Under the pieces are notes generated by a model. The model was not told the DNA's origin. It saw only the letters and a program-made list of their open reading frames with translations, and made no database searches. This document shows, piece after piece, positions 46,232 to 56,977 of a DNA stretch of 64,000 bases. The stretch comes from Dehalococcoidia bacterium (lineage in GTDB: Bacteria; Chloroflexota; Dehalococcoidia; Lucifugimonadales; UBA3495), in NCBI GenBank assembly GCA_034423195.1, contig DAOUIZ010000066.1, forward strand, positions 95,740 through 159,739, written 5' to 3'. Positions within the stretch are counted from its first letter, which is position 1. Every line of letters starts with the position of its first letter. Made by a program: the position numbers and the translations under genes.

Positions 46232-47427
46232 AGTTGGTATTCGGGGCGGCGCAGCAACTGCCGGGCGATGACGGTGCGGAGAATCTCGTTGGTGCCTTCC
46301 CCGATAATCATGAGAGGGGCGTCCCGGTAGTAGCGCTCCACCGGGGACTCCTTGATGTACCCGTAGCCGCCGTGGATGCGCATGGCGTCCATCGCCACTT
46401 CCTGGCAGATTTCGCTGGCATATAGCTTGGCCATGCCGGATTCCAGGTCAACGCGCTCGCCGGAGTCCTTCTTCGCCGCGGCGTCGTAGGTGAGGAGGCG
46501 GGCGGCCTGGACCTTGGTGGCCATGTTGGCGAGCATGAGCTGGATCGCCTGGTGCTCGGCGATGGGCTTTCCGAAGGACTCGCGCTGCTGGGCGTACCTG
46601 ATGGCGGCGTCGAAGGCGGCCTGGGCGACTCCGACAGCGCGGGCGGCGACGTTGATGCGGCCGGTCTCCAAGCCGCTCATGACCTGTCCGAAGCCCCGGT
46701 TTTCCGCGCCTCCGATGAGGTTTTCGGTGGGGATGCGGAAGTCCTCGAAGATTAGCTCGCAGGTATCCAGGCCCCGGTAGCCGAGCTTGTCCAGGTCGCG
46801 GCCGACGGTGAAGCCGGGGCCGCGCTCGATGACGAAGGCGCTGATGCCCCGGTGGTTGGGCTCGGCCTCCCTGTCGGTGCGGGCGAGGAGGCAGAAGGCA
46901 TCGCCGTAGCGGCCGTTGGTGATGAACATCTTGGTGCCGTTGATGACGTATTCCTCGCCATCCTTCTCGGCGGTGGTCTGAAGGTTGGCAACGTCGGTGC
47001 CGCCGCCGGGTTCGGTGAGGGCCAGCCCGCCGCGCTTCTTCCCGGAGGCCAGGTCGGGGAGGAAGCGCTGCTTCTGCTCTTCGGTGCCATAGTGGGTGAG
47101 GACGTAGGTGAGGATGTGGTGGGTTCCAATGGCCCCGCTGATGCTCATGAAGCCGCGGCTGAGTTCCTCGAAGATGGTGGCGAAGGTGGTGTAGTCCAGT
47201 CCCAGGCCGCCGTATTCCTCGGGGACGGTGATTCCGAACAGGCCCAGGTCCTTCATCTTGTCGATGAGGTCATGGGGAACGATGTCCTCCAGGTCCAGCC
47301 GGGCGGCCACCGGCTCCACGTCGCGGCGGACGAAGTCACGGACCAGGCTAACGATCTGGGAACGGGCTTCTTCGGGAGTGGCGGTGGTCAACAGAAGCTC
47401 CTTCGAGGCCGGGTGATGCCGGGCCAA
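46228..47427 (-). CDS. acyl-CoA dehydrogenase
   Basis: 399-aa ORF with GGLALTEPGGGTD, the catalytic-base region YGYIKESPVERYYRDA and IGEGTNEI. Confidence 0.9.
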   Translation of the reverse strand: MARHHPASKELLLTTATPEEARSQIVSLVRDFVRRDVEPVAARLDLEDIVPHDLIDKMKDLGLFGITVPEEYGGLGLDYTTFATIFEELSRGFMSISGAIGTHHILTYVLTHYGTEEQKQRFLPDLASGKKRGGLALTEPGGGTDVANLQTTAEKDGEEYVINGTKMFITNGRYGDAFCLLARTDREAEPNHRGISAFVIERGPGFTVGRDLDKLGYRGLDTCELIFEDFRIPTENLIGGAENRGFGQVMSGLETGRINVAARAVGVAQAAFDAAIRYAQQRESFGKPIAEHQAIQLMLANMATKVQAARLLTYDAAAKKDSGERVDLESGMAKLYASEICQEVAMDAMRIHGGYGYIKESPVERYYRDAPLMIIGEGTNEILRTVIARQLLRRPEYQL

Positions 47428-47484
47428 TTTGCGGCCAGTCTATCCGAGGGGTTGGGGAGGGTCAAGGAATTTGGAGAGGGGTAA

Positions 47485-47521
47485 GGAGGCACGTTGGGGG
47501 ATTCATCCCCCGAACCCCCTG
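47485..47521 (-). repeat. intergenic palindromic repeat family 2, copy 2
   Basis: The reverse complement CAGGGGGTTCGGGGGATGAATCCCCCAACGTGCCTCC matches 31956..31992. Confidence 0.8.
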
Positions 47522-47591
47522 GTATTTGTGGGTTCGATGCAAACAGGATATGGGTTCTCTTAGCGTTCTTTGTACTGAGTAATATACTTAA

Positions 47592-49658
<2,067 letters not shown>

Positions 49659-49798
49659 TGCCTTTCTCCTTCCCTGAGGCGCCTAGACGCCGAAGGGGTT
49701 ACGAGGAGCCGATCTTCTGACGAACCACCGCCGTCCCAACTGACGGTCTAATAGGCTGGTATTTTCAGGTGGCTATCTCGAAAGCCTGCCTGCTAAGT

Positions 49799-51010
49799 TC
49801 AACCGGCGGCCCCCTCAATGCGGCGGCGAAGCGGCTGTCCACTTCGATATGTAGCAACGCGCCAGAGCCACTCCGCAGGACCGAAGAGGAAGCTACCCAA
49901 CCACGCCTGCGACCACCACAATTGCAGAGCCCAGACGCCGAGCACAAAAGCCAAGACCGCACTTCGGTTCACAGCATCGACGTCGCCCAACAAGACGGTC
50001 AACACCAGCACACCCAGCATTGTTTGCGTCAGATAGTTGGTCAGCGCCATCCGCCCGACTGCGCGCAGACGCTGCTTGATCCAGTTGTCCGGCCGGTTGT
50101 TCCAGAGGAGTATGAGGCTCAAGAACCCCAGAGAAGCAGGAATGGTGCCGAGCGTGTTGGGTATCTGACCGACAAAGGCGATTTCGCGAGAGTAGCCGTT
50201 CGCTGCGGTAATGATGACGCCAGCCACGGCAAGCGGCAGGCCGACCGCAAGCCCAATTGTTGCGGTCAGACGATACGTACTCGCAGGCAGACTGCCGTTC
50301 ATGAAGCCAGCGCGATACAAGCCAGCCCCGATGAGAATCAACCCCAGAGCGCGGAGGAAGTATCCCAGCAGAAACGGGATCAGAATAACTTCTTCCCTGG
50401 CAGTCTCCTCCCGCGTCCAAAGGCCCGACAACGATACGCCGGAAGTGTCGGCGATGTACTGAGTGACAAACGCGGCGCCGATGGACAACTCGAACACGAC
50501 TACCCCGATGGAAATGAGCGCCCAATTCGGTAGTCTACGCAGGGCAAACAGGAAGACTGATGAAACTGCATAAACAACCAGCACATCCCCGTCCCACAAC
50601 AAGCTGTGGAGTATGCCTATGAGCAGCAGAAGCGCGTTACGCCACAGGTTCAGCCATCCTGCCCGCCTTCCCCGGGCACTGGCGCGGTCGATGAAAAGGA
50701 TCATTCCCGCGCCGAAAAGCATCGAAAACAACCCCATGAACTTCTGATCGACGAATACCTCGCCGAAAATTCCCACTGCCCAGTCGAGCCACGTCTCCGA
50801 GCCGCCGGCGCTCAGGTTGAAGTAGGGCCCGGTTCCGAACTTGAAAGCAACAGCGTTCATCAACAGGATGCCGAGCACTGCAAGCCCGCGTATAAGGTCG
50901 AGGCTGATTATGCGCTCGGTCTCCCGAACCGGGCCGGTATTAACTGCGGGGGAATTCGCTTCCAATGGGCCGAAATCCTTAAAGGATGGTGTATTAGTAA
51001 AGGCACCCAC
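49799..51010 (-). CDS. DUF418/YeiB-like membrane protein
   Basis: 403-aa polytopic ORF with the LDLIRGLAVLGILLMN N-terminal motif and C-terminal EWLWR. GC is somewhat lower than in neighbouring genes. Confidence 0.75.
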   Translation of the reverse strand: MGAFTNTPSFKDFGPLEANSPAVNTGPVRETERIISLDLIRGLAVLGILLMNAVAFKFGTGPYFNLSAGGSETWLDWAVGIFGEVFVDQKFMGLFSMLFGAGMILFIDRASARGRRAGWLNLWRNALLLLIGILHSLLWDGDVLVVYAVSSVFLFALRRLPNWALISIGVVVFELSIGAAFVTQYIADTSGVSLSGLWTREETAREEVILIPFLLGYFLRALGLILIGAGLYRAGFMNGSLPASTYRLTATIGLAVGLPLAVAGVIITAANGYSREIAFVGQIPNTLGTIPASLGFLSLILLWNNRPDNWIKQRLRAVGRMALTNYLTQTMLGVLVLTVLLGDVDAVNRSAVLAFVLGVWALQLWWSQAWLGSFLFGPAEWLWRVATYRSGQPLRRRIEGAAG

Positions 51011-51064
51011 AGCCTGAGAAACTATCTCAAAAGGGTTGACGGGCAGGGTGATCCCGGGGTCACG

Positions 51065-51751
51065 CTAGCCGGGGTTAAAGACCAGCCAGGCGGCCTTGGC
51101 GTCGCTGTTGCTGCGCCACTCGTGCTCAGCGTGGGGCGGAACGAGGGCGATGTCGCCCTGCCGGACGGTGTAGTCCTGGCCGTCCACCTGGAGGATGCAG
51201 GTGCCCTCGATGACGAATCCCAGGTGTTCGCCGGGGTGGGCGTGTTTCGGGGCGGCGCTGCCCGGGTCGAGCCCGCGGTAGGCCATGATGTAGTTGACGG
51301 CCCCGTCGCCCGCCGACAGGATACGGCGGGCCGGCCCGTCGCTCCGGTCTATCTCGGAGAGGTTGCGGATGACGGGAGGTTGCCCGGTTCCGCCCCCGGT
51401 GCGGTTACCGCCGCCTCCGCTCTGGGCCGCGATGAGCGGGTTGACCTCGATGCGGCGGATGTCGCCTTCCCCGCCGTTGTTAAGGGTGTAGTGGTCGACG
51501 TTGGGCGGAACGAAGATGGCGTCGCCCGCCCGGACGGGGTACCCGCTGCCGTCGCAGAAGAGAGTGCCGGAACCGCTGATGATGAACACCTCGTGCTCCC
51601 ACTCGTGGATGTGGTGGGTGCTGGTCCCGCCGGGGGGAATCTCCGAGTAGGAGAGGGTGCAGGTGGGCGGGTCGTCGTCCAGCGTGAGCAGCCGGGCCCG
51701 CCGGTCCCCGGGGTTGTATACGTCTTCGATGTTCCTGATCAGCGGTTCCAT
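51065..51751 (-). CDS. bicupin protein, paralog 1
   Basis: ATG at 51751 (MEPLIRNIEDV). Two cupin motif pairs (GGTSTHHIHEWEHEVFIISG...GDAIFVPPNVDHYTLNN and HAHPGEHLGFVIEG...GDIALVPPHAEHEW) are joined by a Gly-rich linker. Confidence 0.85.
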   Translation of the reverse strand: MEPLIRNIEDVYNPGDRRARLLTLDDDPPTCTLSYSEIPPGGTSTHHIHEWEHEVFIISGSGTLFCDGSGYPVRAGDAIFVPPNVDHYTLNNGGEGDIRRIEVNPLIAAQSGGGGNRTGGGTGQPPVIRNLSEIDRSDGPARRILSAGDGAVNYIMAYRGLDPGSAAPKHAHPGEHLGFVIEGTCILQVDGQDYTVRQGDIALVPPHAEHEWRSNSDAKAAWLVFNPG

Positions 51752-51792
51752 GGTTTCTCCAATGCTTGGGGCTTTGCCCTTCCAAGCGAAAA

Positions 51793-51834
51793 CCGGGGTC
51801 TGGATTCCCGCCTGCCCGGGAATGACGGGAGAGC
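51793..51834 (-). repeat. intergenic repeat family 1, short form, copy C
   Basis: The reverse complement GCTCTCCCGTCATTCCCGGGCAGGCGGGAATCCAGACCCCGG shares both flanks with copies A and B but has only an 8-nt spacer between ATTCCC and GGGAAT. Confidence 0.75.
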
Positions 51835-51855
51835 AGCAGGCGGGAACTACGGGGG

Positions 51856-52572
51856 CTATTCGTGGGCGGCGGAGTCCAGGTGGTTGAAGGTGACGCGGAC
51901 CATGGGCAGGTCGCCTTCGTTCTTCCACTGGTGCAGCTCGTTGGGCGGGACCAGGACGGCGTCGCCCTCGGCTACCAGGTATTCCTGGCCGCCGCAGACG
52001 AGGGTGCCGTGTCCTTCCAGGCAGAAGACGACGTGGTCCCAGGGATGGGTGTGGCCGCCGGTCTCGGCGTGGCTGACCGCGCCGGGCTGCATGGCCCCGT
52101 TGTAGAGCATGAGGTAGTTGGGCACGCCATCGTTGGGGCCGAGGATGCGGCTGCCGGTCTCGGCGGTCAGGTCGTCCCGGTTGCGGATGACCGGGGGCTG
52201 GCCGCTCCCCTGGGTTCCCCCTTCGCCGCGGGGCGCGCCGGGCTGGGAGGCGGCCAGCGGGTTAATCTCGATGCGGCGCATGACGCCCTCGCCGCCGTTG
52301 TTGAGGGTGTAGTGGTCGACGTTGGGGGGGATGAACATGGCGTCGCCGGCCTTGACCGGGTATTCCTTGCCGTCGCAGACGAGAGTGCCGGACCCCTTGA
52401 TTATGTAGACCTCGTGCTCCCATTCGTGGATGTGGTGGGAGCTGGTCTTGTCCGGGTATATTTCCGAGTAGGAAAGGGTGCAGGTGGTGGGATTGTCGTC
52501 AATGGAGACGAGGCGGGCGCCGGGCCCCTCGGGCTTGTAAAGGTTCCTGAAGTTGCGGATTATCGGTTCCAT
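51856..52572 (-). CDS. bicupin protein, paralog 2
   Basis: 238-aa ORF starting MEPIIRNFRNL, with the same two-cupin architecture. AAGGAG lies upstream. Confidence 0.85.
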   Translation of the reverse strand: MEPIIRNFRNLYKPEGPGARLVSIDDNPTTCTLSYSEIYPDKTSSHHIHEWEHEVYIIKGSGTLVCDGKEYPVKAGDAMFIPPNVDHYTLNNGGEGVMRRIEINPLAASQPGAPRGEGGTQGSGQPPVIRNRDDLTAETGSRILGPNDGVPNYLMLYNGAMQPGAVSHAETGGHTHPWDHVVFCLEGHGTLVCGGQEYLVAEGDAVLVPPNELHQWKNEGDLPMVRVTFNHLDSAAHE

Positions 52573-52618
52573 CTCGCGTTAGCTCCTTATCGCAAGTTCA
52601 AGTTCGGGAAGTGGGGGG

Positions 52619-53335
52619 TCAGTGTTCGGCGGATTCGGACTCGATGGCGTTGAAGGTGACGCGGGACAGGGTGGTCTGGGTGTCGTTGCGCCACTGGTGG
52701 AAGACGTTGGGCGGAACCAGAACGGCGTCACCGGCCCTGACGTTGTGGCTGGTCCCTTCAATGACGATGGAGGCCTCACCCTCGAGCACGTAGACGACGT
52801 GGTCCCAGGGGTGGGAGTGGCCGCCCTCGGCGGCGTGGCTGACGTGGCCGGGGCCGATCGGGTCGTTGTGGAGCATGACGTAGTTGGGCACTCCATCCTT
52901 GCTGCCGAGGAGGACGTGACCGACGGAGCGGTCGAGGTCAGCGTGGTTGTTGATTACCGGGGGCTCGCCGGTTCCCTCGCCGCCGTCGTTCTGGGCGCCG
53001 CCGCTCTGGGCCGCGATCAGGGGATTGACCTCAATCCGGTCGATGTCTCCCTCGCCGCCGTTGTTCAGGGTGTAATGGTCCACGTTGCCGGGGATGTACA
53101 TGGCGTCGCCGGCCTTGACCGGATACTCCTTGCCGTCGCAGATGAGGGTGCCGGAACCCTTGATGATGTAGACCTCGTGCTCCCACTCGTGGATGTGGTG
53201 GGAACTGGTGCCTCCGGGTGGAATGCGGGAGAAGGTGAGGGTACAGGTGGGCGGGTTGTCGTCGAGGCTGATCAACCGGGCGGGCGACCCGTCGGCGGGC
53301 ATCGCGTCGGCTACGTTTCTGATAACCGGGTCCAT
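52619..53335 (-). CDS. bicupin protein, paralog 3
   Basis: ATG at 53335 (MDPVIRNVADA), with the same two-cupin architecture. The track start at 53545 adds a non-homologous extension. Confidence 0.85.
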   Translation of the reverse strand: MDPVIRNVADAMPADGSPARLISLDDNPPTCTLTFSRIPPGGTSSHHIHEWEHEVYIIKGSGTLICDGKEYPVKAGDAMYIPGNVDHYTLNNGGEGDIDRIEVNPLIAAQSGGAQNDGGEGTGEPPVINNHADLDRSVGHVLLGSKDGVPNYVMLHNDPIGPGHVSHAAEGGHSHPWDHVVYVLEGEASIVIEGTSHNVRAGDAVLVPPNVFHQWRNDTQTTLSRVTFNAIESESAEH

Positions 53336-53547
53336 TCTTGCCACCTCCAGCGGTAAGTTCGGGTGCAGGTACCGGGACGATTGGGGCTGCCTCCGGCCAT
53401 ATCCTACAGGGTCGGCGGAGGCAGCCCAATTATAGTCACGGGGGATGGGACGATTCAACGAATTGCGGTGTGTGATAGTATTTGTGAAGGCCGGGCCCGG
53501 CCATGGGAAGCACCCGGTCTTCCCCAAAATTCTCCATGGAGCCATTC

Positions 53548-54591
53548 ATGCTGAGCAACGAACTGCGGCTGACGGAACTTTCCCACTGCGCGGGTTGAGC
53601 CGCCAAGCTGAGCCTGGAAGACCTGGTGCAGGTCTTGAGCAAGGTGCCCCTGATTACCGATCCCAACCTGCTGGTGGGGACGGAAACGGGGGATGACGCG
53701 GCGGTCTACCGGATCAACGATTCGCAGGCGCTGATCCTGACGGTGGACTTCTTCCCGCCGATTACCGACGATCCCTTCGAGTTCGGGGAGATAGCCGCGG
53801 CCAACTCGCTGAGCGACGTCTACGCCATGGGCGGGCGTCCGGTGGTGGCGCTGAACATCGTCGGGTTTCCGGCGTCGCTGGACAAGGAAATCCTGGGAGA
53901 GGTAATGCGGGGCGGGTACAGCAAGGCCAACGAGGCGGGCTGCCTGATTGCCGGCGGTCACACGGTGGACGATCCCGAGCCGAAGTACGGGCTTTCGGTG
54001 GTTGGGCTGGTGGAGCCGGGAAAGCAGGTGAGCAACGCCGGGGCCAAGCCAGGGGATGCGCTGGTCCTGACCAAGCCGCTGGGGACGGGGATCATCACCA
54101 CCGCGGCCAAGCAGGGAACGGTGGAGCCGGAGGTGATGCAGGGTGCGGTCAAGACCATGGCCACCCTGAACCGGGCGGCTTCGGAAGCGATGATGACGGT
54201 CGGAGTCAACTCGGCCACCGACATCACTGGGTTCGGCCTTATGGGGCATCTGAAGTCCATGGTGCGGGGCAGCGGCGTCACGGCGGAGGTGAGTCTGGCA
54301 GCGGTGCCGGTCCTTCCAGGGGCACGGGAACTGCTGGAACGAGGGGTTGCTCCGGGAGGGACGCACCGGAACCTGGCGAGCGTGGCGGACGCGGTGGACT
54401 GGGACCCGGGCCTGACGGATAACGATCAACTGCTGCTGTGCGACGCTCAGACCTCGGGCGGGCTGCTGATATCCGTTCCTTCAGACCGGAAGGACGCGCT
54501 CCTGGCGGAGCTGGCGGACCGGGGCGCGCCGGGGGTGGTTGTCGGCTCCGTGACGGAGAGTTCCAAGGGAATGATCCGGGCGCTTCCATAA
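53548..54591 (+). CDS. selD: selenide, water dikinase (selenophosphate synthetase), selenocysteine-containing (UGA at 53596..53598)
   Basis: The track ORF (53626) lacks the catalytic N-terminus. Reading from the ATG at 53548 gives MLSNELRLTELSHCAG-U-AAKLSLEDLVQVLSKVPLITDPNLLVG. U and K align with Cys17 and Lys20 of the E. coli SelD motif SHGAGCGCK. An 8-bp hairpin AAGACCUG-gug-CAGGUCUU starts 19 nt after the UGA. Confidence 0.85.
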
Positions 54592-54651
54592 GCGGCCCTG
54601 AATTGGCCGCAAGACGCTGGGAACAACTAAACAGAGGAGCTAGATTCTGAT

Positions 54652-55284
54652 ATGGCCCAGCCGGAGTTTGGACTGAAGAGGCCCGACCAGCTGAAGGTTG
54701 CCCCGGACCAGGGCAGGGGGGACCGGGTGCCGCCGGGGCAGTTCCTGAGCAACAAGTTTCCGGTGCTGACCTACGGCTCCGCGCCGGACATCGACATGGC
54801 CACCTGGCGGATACGGGTGTTCGGGCTGGTGGAGCGGGAGGTGACCCTCAACTGGAAGGAGTTCGCCCAACTGGCATGGAGTGGGATGACCGCGGACTTT
54901 CACTGCGTGACCCAGTGGAGCGCATTGGACAACCTGTGGGAGGGCGTGACGTTCGAGACGCTGGTGGGGGCGGCCGGTCCGAAGCCGGAGGCCCAGTTCG
55001 TGATGGCCCACTGCTACGGAGGATATACGACCAACCTTCCGCTGGATGTGTGCCTGGCGGAGGGATTCCTGGCGCACAAGCGTAACGGGGAGGAACTGGG
55101 GAAGGATCACGGCGGGCCGCTGCGCCTGGTGGTGCCGAGCCGGTACGCCTGGAAGAGCGCCAAGTGGGTGAACGGGATTGAACTTATCGCCGAGGATTCC
55201 CCTGGATTCTGGGAGCAGCGGGGCTACAACAACAACGCTGACCCGTGGCAGGAGGAGCGTTTCTGGCCTGAACTGACCAAATAA
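54652..55284 (+). CDS. molybdopterin-dependent oxidoreductase (sulfite-oxidase-fold, small form)
   Basis: 210-aa ORF with WRIRVFGLVEREVTLNWKEF, FHCVTQWS and GGPLRLVVPSRYAWKSAKWV blocks. Confidence 0.8.
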   Translation: MAQPEFGLKRPDQLKVAPDQGRGDRVPPGQFLSNKFPVLTYGSAPDIDMATWRIRVFGLVEREVTLNWKEFAQLAWSGMTADFHCVTQWSALDNLWEGVTFETLVGAAGPKPEAQFVMAHCYGGYTTNLPLDVCLAEGFLAHKRNGEELGKDHGGPLRLVVPSRYAWKSAKWVNGIELIAEDSPGFWEQRGYNNNADPWQEERFWPELTK

Positions 55285-55308
55285 CGGGAAACGTTGGGCT
55301 AGAGAAAA

Positions 55309-55349
55309 GACTCCCCCGGCGGTTTGTCCGACCGGGGGAGTCCTTTGTT
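55309..55349. terminator. bidirectional rho-independent terminator
   Basis: GACTCCCCCGG-cggtttgtccga-CCGGGGGAGTC followed by CTTTGTT, with an A-run (AGAGAAAA) on the other side. It lies between convergent genes. Confidence 0.7.
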
Positions 55350-55388
55350 GGGAGGAGCAGAATCAGCGGGCCGGAAAGACCCGGGGGT

Positions 55389-55634
55389 CTAGGCAGCCAG
55401 GGGCAGGTCGATGGCCTCGGCGGCGACCGGGACGGGCTTTTTGGCCGCCGGCTTGTCCAGCGAGTCCAAATCCTTGATATAACCGCACTGGAAGCAATTG
55501 AGATAGCTGCCGTAGCAGTCACGGTTGAGGTACAGGTCTCCGGAGCACTTGGGACAACTCTTGAACTTAATCACCGTCGGACCTCCTTCCCTCGGTGTCT
55601 TCCCTGGCTGGACGGCCCATTCCCCGTCCAGCAT
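55389..55634 (-). CDS. hypothetical zinc-ribbon protein
   Basis: Two Cys pairs, CPKCSG...CFQCGY. The start is uncertain (ATG at 55634). Confidence 0.45.
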   Translation of the reverse strand: MLDGEWAVQPGKTPREGGPTVIKFKSCPKCSGDLYLNRDCYGSYLNCFQCGYIKDLDSLDKPAAKKPVPVAAEAIDLPLAA

Positions 55635-55681
55635 TTTGATGCGTCGGCAGTTAGGCACGATGCGCTGTAAGTATCTTACGA

Positions 55682-55711
55682 CTTGACACACTTCATGTCA
55701 ATGGATATTAT
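55682..55711 (+). promoter_or_regulatory. sigma70-type promoter overlapped by HAIR-like inverted repeat
   Basis: TTGACA(55683-55688)-17 nt-TATTAT(55706-55711). The inverted repeat TTGACA-n7-TGTCAA (TTGA-n11-TCAA) has the same geometry as the HspR operator CTTGAGT-n7-ACTCAAG. Confidence 0.65.
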
Positions 55712-55718
55712 ACTTTCC

Positions 55719-56309
55719 ATGACGAGCAACAACAGAAGAGAAGGAAATTCCGGGCAAGAACGGGCAAGGACCCGTGAGGGAGACGGGACGGCGCCGCAGT
55801 TCCAATTTCCACCCCAATGGCCCGGGGAAACGGGCCTGGCAAGGAGCCAGCCGGAGGGCACGGGGGGGACTGGCAACGGGCCAGGGCCAGAGGAAGCGGA
55901 GTTCGAGGTAGAGGGCGTTTACATCATCAGCGTTGCAGCCCGCATCCTGGACATGCACCCGCAGACCCTGCGGAAGTATGAGCGGCTGGGGCTGATAAAT
56001 CCGGACCGCACCGGGGGTATGCTGAGGCTGTACTCCCGGTGGGACATACGGAAGATCCTGCTGATCCGGCACCTGATGGACAATCTGGGCCTGAACCTGG
56101 CCGGTGTTGAATTTGCGCTGGCGCTGGTGGAAAATCTGGGGAAGATGCGGCAAAGGGTGGCATCGCTGCCGAGAGACAATCCCGCCAGAAATATGGTCGA
56201 CCAACAAATCACGCAATTATGCCGGAACCTGAATCTGCCGGAGCCGGGTTTCGTCCCGGCGGATTCTGCCCCGCAACAGGAGAAACAAGGACCAAACAAT
56301 GACCGATAA
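55719..56309 (+). CDS. hspR: MerR-family heat-shock repressor HspR-like
   Basis: HTH region YIISVAARILDMHPQTLRKYERLGLINPDRTGGMLRLYS, located directly upstream of grpE-dnaK. The ATG at 55719 lies about 7 nt after the -10, so the mRNA may be leaderless. There is a long disordered N-terminal extension. Confidence 0.75.
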   Translation: MTSNNRREGNSGQERARTREGDGTAPQFQFPPQWPGETGLARSQPEGTGGTGNGPGPEEAEFEVEGVYIISVAARILDMHPQTLRKYERLGLINPDRTGGMLRLYSRWDIRKILLIRHLMDNLGLNLAGVEFALALVENLGKMRQRVASLPRDNPARNMVDQQITQLCRNLNLPEPGFVPADSAPQQEKQGPNNDR

Positions 56310-56862
56310 CCACTCGGATAACCATTTGTACGTGGAACCCGCAGCCGAAGCGGATGCAGCGGGGTCCCAGGGGATGACACCACAGGAGCAGGTGGCCAGC
56401 CTGACCCAAAACCTGGAAACGGCGCAACAGGAACTGCTTCAGAGCCAGGATGCGATGCAGAGGGCCCAGGCCGAGCTGGTCAACTACCGGAAGCGGGCCG
56501 ACGAAGAACGGATCTCGTTACAGCAATATTCCAACAGCCGGTTGATCGTGAAGCTGCTGCCGGTGTTCGACGAACTGGGTCTGGCAATGGACCACGCGGA
56601 CCAGAACGAGGCCTCCGATCCCTGGGTGGAAGGTGTGCGGCTGATTCAGCGGAAGGTGTTCAACCTGCTGGAATCGGAAGGGGTTTCCCGAATCGAGTCC
56701 CTGGGAAGCGCGTTCAATCCGCTGGAGCATGAGGCGGTGGGCACGCAGGAGACGGACAAATACCCGCCTGGATTCATCTCGGAAGTAGTGCGGAACGGAT
56801 ACCGGCTGCACGACCGGGTAATCCAGCCGGCACAGGTCGTGGTGGCCCGGGAGGCATCTTAA
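56299..56862 (+). CDS. grpE: nucleotide exchange factor GrpE
   Basis: 187-aa ORF with NYRKRADEE, FNPLEHEAV and GYRLHDRVIQPAQVVV blocks. Confidence 0.92.
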   Translation: MTDNHSDNHLYVEPAAEADAAGSQGMTPQEQVASLTQNLETAQQELLQSQDAMQRAQAELVNYRKRADEERISLQQYSNSRLIVKLLPVFDELGLAMDHADQNEASDPWVEGVRLIQRKVFNLLESEGVSRIESLGSAFNPLEHEAVGTQETDKYPPGFISEVVRNGYRLHDRVIQPAQVVVAREAS

Positions 56863-56977
56863 CACTGACTAACAAGCCCGGTGGATACTTCCGGGCGCGG
56901 CCTTGTTGTAAGAGCAAAGACAGCAGCAACGAGGACAGGAAAACATAGACCTAATCCCTTTTTTCGAGGAGAACGAA

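Noticed and set aside
53336-55400. Search around selD for tRNA-Sec, selA, selB or other UGA-interrupted ORFs.
   Set aside because: I found no cloverleaf with a UCA anticodon and no SelA/SelB motifs in this window. None of the other truncated-looking ORFs became more complete when a TGA was read through.
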